47,664 nt of DNA. It comes from Parcubacteria group bacterium GW2011_GWA2_36_10. GTDB lineage: Bacteria; Patescibacteriota; Patescibacteriia; UBA1558; GWA2-36-10. Positions 46,336 through 47,664 of this stretch are shown in pieces. The position numbers and the translations under genes are program-made. The stretch is from the NCBI GenBank assembly GCA_000991205.1, contig LBRC01000001.1, positions 1 to 47,664 of the forward strand. The letters are read 5' to 3'. The notes beneath the pieces are model-generated. The model had not been told where the DNA came from. It saw only the letters and a list, made by a program, of their open reading frames with translations, and searched no databases. The stretch's first letter is position 1; every line of letters begins with the position of its first letter.

Positions 46336-47664
46336 ATGCCTATAGGTTTAGAACAATCCAGTACAATAATAAAGGTTTTCCCGCGCAAGGGTGTCTCTTC
46401 AGACACCGACGCCAACTCCATACTTTTGGAAATATTAGCTGAATTAAAGATGTCCGTTCCTGCTCAGCAGTTCGATATATGGTTCTCTTGTCTGAGAATT
46501 TTCTCTATTGATGAAAGCAGTATTACATTTATAACGCCAAATAATTTCATAAAGGATTGGTTCTCCAGTAATTATAAGGACCTTTTCTCTGGCGCAGCTT
46601 ACCGGGTGTTAAATTCATCGCGGGAGATAGTATTCCTTGCTGAAGACGAAGCGCTCAGACAGTCGCAGGCTTCATCCGCCTCCTCCTGCGATACCCCTAA
46701 GTCTATTCGTGAATTACCCGCAAACAACGGGCAGGCGAATTCCCTGAACGGATACTACCGCTTTGAAAATTTCATCGTAGGGCCGTGCAACAGATTAGCT
46801 CATGCTGCTGCCGTTGCCGTTTCTGAGTCTCCGGGTATTGCGTATAATCCTCTTTTTATACATGGCGCGTCCGGGCTCGGGAAGACACATCTCCTGCATG
46901 CGATAAATAATGTGCTTCTCCCGAAACGCACAATAAGGACGCTTTACCTGTCCTGTGAACAATTCGTGAATCATTTTATTTCTACCATGCGGTCAAATAA
47001 CTGGGACGAATTCAGAAATCTTTACAGGAACCTGGATGTGCTCCTGCTCGATGATATACAATTCTTTGAAAACTTACAAGGCTGCAGAGAGGAGTTTTTC
47101 CACACCTTTAATGCACTTTATAATGCCAAGAAACAGATTGTTATCACGAGCGACTGTCCTCCCGAATCTTTAAATTCCCTTGAGGACAGACTCGTCTCCC
47201 GTTTTAAATGGGGATTGTTGTGCAGTGTTGATAGTCCCACAATAGAAACGCGCGTCGCGATTATCGAGAAAAACGCATCGCTCATGAACATAAACCTGAC
47301 GCACGACTTCGCTTCTTATCTTGCAGAACACCTCCCGGGCAACATCCGCGAGCTCGAAGGCGCAATTGTAAGATTGGGCAAGGAACTCAAGGTTACGAGA
47401 AATACTATGACATTGGATTTTATAAAAAAAGTCCTTCACGAAATAACGGGAAACAAACAATCGGTAGCTATTGAAGCCATTCTTCGTGCTGTTTCTGACA
47501 GATTTAATGTGAGTATATCTCAACTCCAGTCAAAGAGCAGGTCGAGAAGCCTCACATTACCAAGGCAAATAGCAATGTACCTTTCCCGAAAACTGACAAA
47601 TATGTCACTTACAGAGGTGGGGGGTTTTCTGGGGGGACGAGACCACTCCACAGTAATCCATGCA
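46336..47664 (+). CDS. dnaA: Chromosomal replication initiator DnaA (3' end runs off window)
   Basis: Absent from the ORF track, translated by hand: QQFDIWF, PNNFIKDW, FENFIVGPCNRLAHAA, YNPLFIHGASGLGKTHL, LLDDIQF, EEFFHTFNAL, RLVSRFKWGL, NIRELEGA, RQIAMYL, GGRDHSTVIHA. Confidence 0.97.
   Translation, partial: MPIGLEQSSTIIKVFPRKGVSSDTDANSILLEILAELKMSVPAQQFDIWFSCLRIFSIDESSITFITPNNFIKDWFSSNYKDLFSGAAYRVLNSSREIVFLAEDEALRQSQASSASSCDTPKSIRELPANNGQANSLNGYYRFENFIVGPCNRLAHAAAVAVSESPGIAYNPLFIHGASGLGKTHLLHAINNVLLPKRTIRTLYLSCEQFVNHFISTMRSNNWDEFRNLYRNLDVLLLDDIQFFENLQGCREEFFHTFNALYNAKKQIVITSDCPPESLNSLEDRLVSRFKWGLLCSVDSPTIETRVAIIEKNASLMNINLTHDFASYLAEHLPGNIRELEGAIVRLGKELKVTRNTMTLDFIKKVLHEITGNKQSVAIEAILRAVSDRFNVSISQLQSKSRSRSLTLPRQIAMYLSRKLTNMSLTEVGGFLGGRDHSTVIHA

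Noticed and set aside
45408..47523. ORFs 45408, 45509, 45929, 46000 and 47170
   Set aside because: They overlap REPs, promoters or the antisense of dnaA and show no protein-like features.
1..47664. tRNA, rRNA, transposase, integrase or diversity-generating retroelement
   Set aside because: No cloverleaf, rRNA-like stretch, recombinase or reverse-transcriptase motif, or adenine-specific repeat pair was seen by eye.

Overview
Bases ~1-44240 are very AT-rich, gene-dense DNA with few Shine-Dalgarno sites. Gene content suggests a Patescibacteria/CPR (Parcubacteria-like) genome, which is an inference. This part is a large cell-surface locus. It holds a 1208-aa S-layer-like protein behind a ~390-nt highly structured leader and four Wzy_C/O-antigen-ligase-like genes, three with visible TPR-like C-termini. 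It also holds a WcaJ/WbaP-type priming transferase and a ~22 kb co-directional glycan operon: about 10 GT4/GT2 enzymes, Wzx, five methyltransferase domains, an FdtA/FdtB-like pair, a radical SAM enzyme, a kinase and a deacetylase-GT-C fusion. A RelE-type toxin-antitoxin pair heads that operon. Upstream lie an ECF sigma/anti-sigma pair with a leaderless autoregulatory promoter, a catalytically dead HtrA-PDZ protein, and small accessory genes separated by a family of GC-rich triloop hairpin repeats. At ~44240-44400 the sequence switches abruptly, in the middle of a WecA/MraY gene, to more GC-rich DNA with Shine-Dalgarno use and GTAG-type REPs. That segment carries a broken S-layer-like gene and a divergent dnaA running off the end. 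It most likely comes from a different organism (anammox Planctomycetota-like by inference), joined by a chimeric junction.
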